A DNA stretch of 25,575 bases from Candidatus Bathyarchaeota archaeon (GTDB taxonomy: Archaea; Thermoproteota; Bathyarchaeia; 40CM-2-53-6; RBG-13-38-9): the NCBI GenBank assembly GCA_023144075.1, contig JAGLGJ010000001.1, positions 1 to 25,575 of the forward strand, given 5' to 3'. Below are positions 25,092-25,575 of the stretch, piece by piece (position 1 is the first letter of the stretch; each line of letters begins with the position of its first letter). Below the pieces are notes generated by a model. It searched no databases. It saw nothing but the letters and a program-made list of their open reading frames with translations, and was not told the DNA's origin. Both the position numbers and the translations under genes were made by a program.

Positions 25092-25575
25092 ATGTCATCT
25101 AAGATCCGAAAAGAATCAAGTATTCTAAGAGATTTGGCGCGAACAGAACTTTCAGTAAAATATCAGAATTTTTCACACATTCAGAAGATGACAATCATCT
25201 TAGGTGATATCTCAACAGGAAAGACCACTATTACTGCTTTACTAATTATAGATTCTTTAAAGTCAAACAGTTCGAATAATATCACAATTATTGATATGGC
25301 ACCGAAGAAAACTATCTATAAAGAAAACATAATTGGTGGCAGAATTTCCGATATTATCAAATTACCCTCTGGGATTAGGCTTCTTCAACCTAAAAAAATC
25401 CATTCTCCCCGATATTCTGCAAAAGATAAAGATGAGTTACTAAATCTCGTAGAAGAAAACAAAAAATCAATTGATACCATTTTAAATCATTATATGAACA
25501 ATCCTACACCTATCTTATTCATAAATGATCTTTCAATATATTTCCAATCAGGGAAATGGGAGAAGGTTTTTAATG
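25092..25575 (+). CDS. Uncharacterised P-loop NTPase (partial, runs off window end; not in ORF track)
   Basis: Manual translation MSSKIRK...MTIILGDISTGKTT (Walker A)...ITIIDMAP...GGRI...ILFINDLSIYFQSG (Walker B-like); open to the end of the window. Confidence 0.75.
   Translation, partial: MSSKIRKESSILRDLARTELSVKYQNFSHIQKMTIILGDISTGKTTITALLIIDSLKSNSSNNITIIDMAPKKTIYKENIIGGRISDIIKLPSGIRLLQPKKIHSPRYSAKDKDELLNLVEENKKSIDTILNHYMNNPTPILFINDLSIYFQSGKWEKVFN

Overview
AT-rich archaeal chromosome segment, TACK/Thermoproteota-like (Bathyarchaeia- or Nitrososphaeria-like gene content; lineage is an inference), with no mobile elements, CRISPR, tRNA or rRNA seen. Positions 1-13.0 kb are a minus-strand informational cluster: NAD kinase, Nob1, DUF655, KsgA, TrmJ, L10e, Dph2, METTL5-like methylase, Csl4, RpoL, RNase III-like, DUF99, TFS, PCNA, PriL, PriS, Gins51, L44e, S27e and the 5' end of aIF2-alpha. 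Positions 13.1-16.6 kb carry aIF5A, deoxyhypusine synthase, SRP54, L21e and RpoF on the plus strand. The rest is more accessory: DedA/VTT, nicotinate phosphoribosyltransferase, HtpX, a SagB-type flavoprotein, a membrane-anchored monoheme cytochrome c, amidohydrolase-cofG-cofH, thiW and a partial P-loop NTPase. The most striking observation is that aIF2-alpha, missed by the ORF track, has no in-frame ATG/GTG/TTG ahead of its conserved S1 motif. An ATC sits in the start-codon position behind a Shine-Dalgarno-like element, and this initiation region is tandemly duplicated (2 x 48 bp, in frame). That suggests near-cognate-start autoregulation of an initiation factor. Two membrane-protein genes also have N-terminal leaders lacking an in-frame canonical start.
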